DNA of 38,832 nt, taken from positions 1-38,832 of the forward strand of contig NW_021835741.1 of assembly GCF_006345805.1 (NCBI RefSeq), in the 5' to 3' direction. A program made the position numbers and the translations under genes. Source of the stretch: Octopus sinensis. Lineage: Eukaryota. Below are positions 37,331 through 38,832 of the stretch, piece after piece. The notes beneath the pieces were generated by a model. The model did no database searches and was not told the DNA's origin. It worked only from the letters and a program-made list of their open reading frames with translations. Every line of letters starts with the position of its first letter. The stretch's first letter is position 1.

Positions 37331-37559
37331 TTATACCCATATATTAGGCGAACTCTCCGTGAACTGGGAGGATCCTGGAAGGGGCAATATTCCCAAGGTT
37401 AGCGCTAACTGGATACAAGCTGGGGCTTGATCAAACGTTACTGGATCGTCTGACTGGGGGAGTCTCATGGTGAAAGACCCGAAACAATGGCCACAAGAAA
37501 CATCACTGATGATGTGCATAGGTACATCAGCCATGTAACCACACACGTGCTTTTCTCGG

Positions 37560-37740
37560 AACGTTCTTTTCGTTTTCTCCGGACCGTTCTTCTTTCCTGT
37601 TTCTGACGACGAGCCATGCCCGAAACATCACATAACCTTTTTTTTTCATCTTAAACTGAGCGTCAACCTCATACATTGACTGTCTACGTCCTTTTGGCTT
37701 TTATTGTTTTGTTTATATTTTTGATTTGCTACTGCATGTA
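37560..37740 (+). mobile_element. Degenerate copy of the HHR-bearing element
   Basis: CTGACGA-C-GAGC-CAT-GCCC-GAAAC-ATC at 37603-37629, then TGAGCGTCAACCTCATAC at 37657. Confidence 0.5.
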
Positions 37741-38099
37741 TGTATCTGTATGTGTGTGCGCGCGCGTGTGTATGATATGACATATGTTGTATTAAAGACA
37801 TGACTGTGTCCGACTTTGATCTTTTCTGTTAACGATTTATCGTATTTCCTCGTTTAGACCTTTATGTTTAGTTCAAAACAATAGTGTTCCTTATCCGCTA
37901 GCCCTTAAATGTTTCGAGACCTTCGAGATACCATCAGTAGAATGAAGGGATGCTAATAGGGGTGCCTTTTTCATGAAATTTACAGAAGCTGGGAAAGGAT
38001 CATAGCAATGAAGTTTTGGGCTAATATATGCGAGTGCCCATGAGTGTGTGATTATGTGCGCGTGCTTATGTGTATGATTGTGTGTGTGATAGTGTATAT

Positions 38100-38138
38100 T
38101 TTATTCTTTAACTTATTTCAGTCATTTGACTGCGGCCA
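38100..38138 (-). mobile_element. SINE tail fragment
   Basis: ttatttcagtcatttgactgcggcca; complementary to the tail seen at 18730-18760. Confidence 0.4.
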
Positions 38139-38492
38139 TACATACATACATGCATACATACAAACATACATACATATATATATATTACATAAATCTCTGA
38201 GCGAGGTATAAACAGTAGCTGCAACACAACGTGAAGTATATTTGCCACTTAAATATGGCTAACATCTAAGGGTGGATGCTACTGTAGCTTCTAGCCCCAG
38301 GAGGACACCTCCTCCTGCTGGCTATTGACACACTTTCTGTGCTCTATCAGCAAAGGGAAGCCATCCTTCCCGTCTTCAACCTATGATACACACGGACTCG
38401 AGTTTCTGGGTATTGACCTGTCATCAGCGTGTGACAATCACTAGTGTCGATGAAAAGTAGGCCTACCTTTGCAAATATCAATATATATATAT

Positions 38493-38528
<36 letters not shown>

Positions 38529-38832
38529 ATTAAGATTCAGTTGAATTAGGTACTTAAATTGAGGCACCAAGCATGTTCGATATAGTCCGCGCAACTCGAA
38601 GTTAGGTGCATAAAAGGCAAATAAGTAACAAGGATGTCCAATTATCAATGCATTGTGTCCGTTTCAAGCGGCTCCATTTAATCGATCAATGAAAACAGTA
38701 CATCAGTTTGAAAGAAACCGCTCTCCTCAGACGCAGACGACCATATAGATTTCCAATATAATGGGTAAACCATTTTTTTAGCACATTTTACATCAGTACT
38801 AGAAACAAAAACACTTACATTGCTTTCCTTTG

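Noticed and set aside
37449-37500. HHR-like CTGACTG..GACCC-GAAAC
   Set aside because: The core box is wrong and no stem III or NUH site follows.
38270-38325. HDV-like ribozyme candidate in nested hairpins
   Set aside because: Only a simple hairpin (CAGGAGG/CCTCCTG inside TAGCC/GGCTA); the P1, P3 and P1.1 pseudoknot topology could not be assembled.

Overview
Eukaryotic, AT-rich window dominated by microsatellites and transposable-element debris. The SINE-like families and repeat landscape resemble a coleoid cephalopod, probably Octopus (inference from recalled repeat sequences, not a database search). No host protein-coding gene can be supported, and almost all ORF-track entries are translations of microsatellites. 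Supportable content: four decayed Penelope-like (PLE) RT/GIY-YIG fragments, two R4/Dong-like RLE non-LTR retrotransposon fragments, Tc1/mariner fragments, a hAT-type MITE with a perfect 8-bp TSD, three Helitron-like non-autonomous elements, tRNA-derived SINEs and four foldback elements. The most interesting signal is a set of hammerhead ribozyme (HHR) motifs. One has an intact catalytic core (28485-28566). Others sit in a dispersed family of about 200-bp non-coding elements, mostly embedded in (TA)n, that carry a minimal type I HHR followed by a second conserved motif. These look like retrozyme-like or PLE-dependent non-autonomous retroelements.
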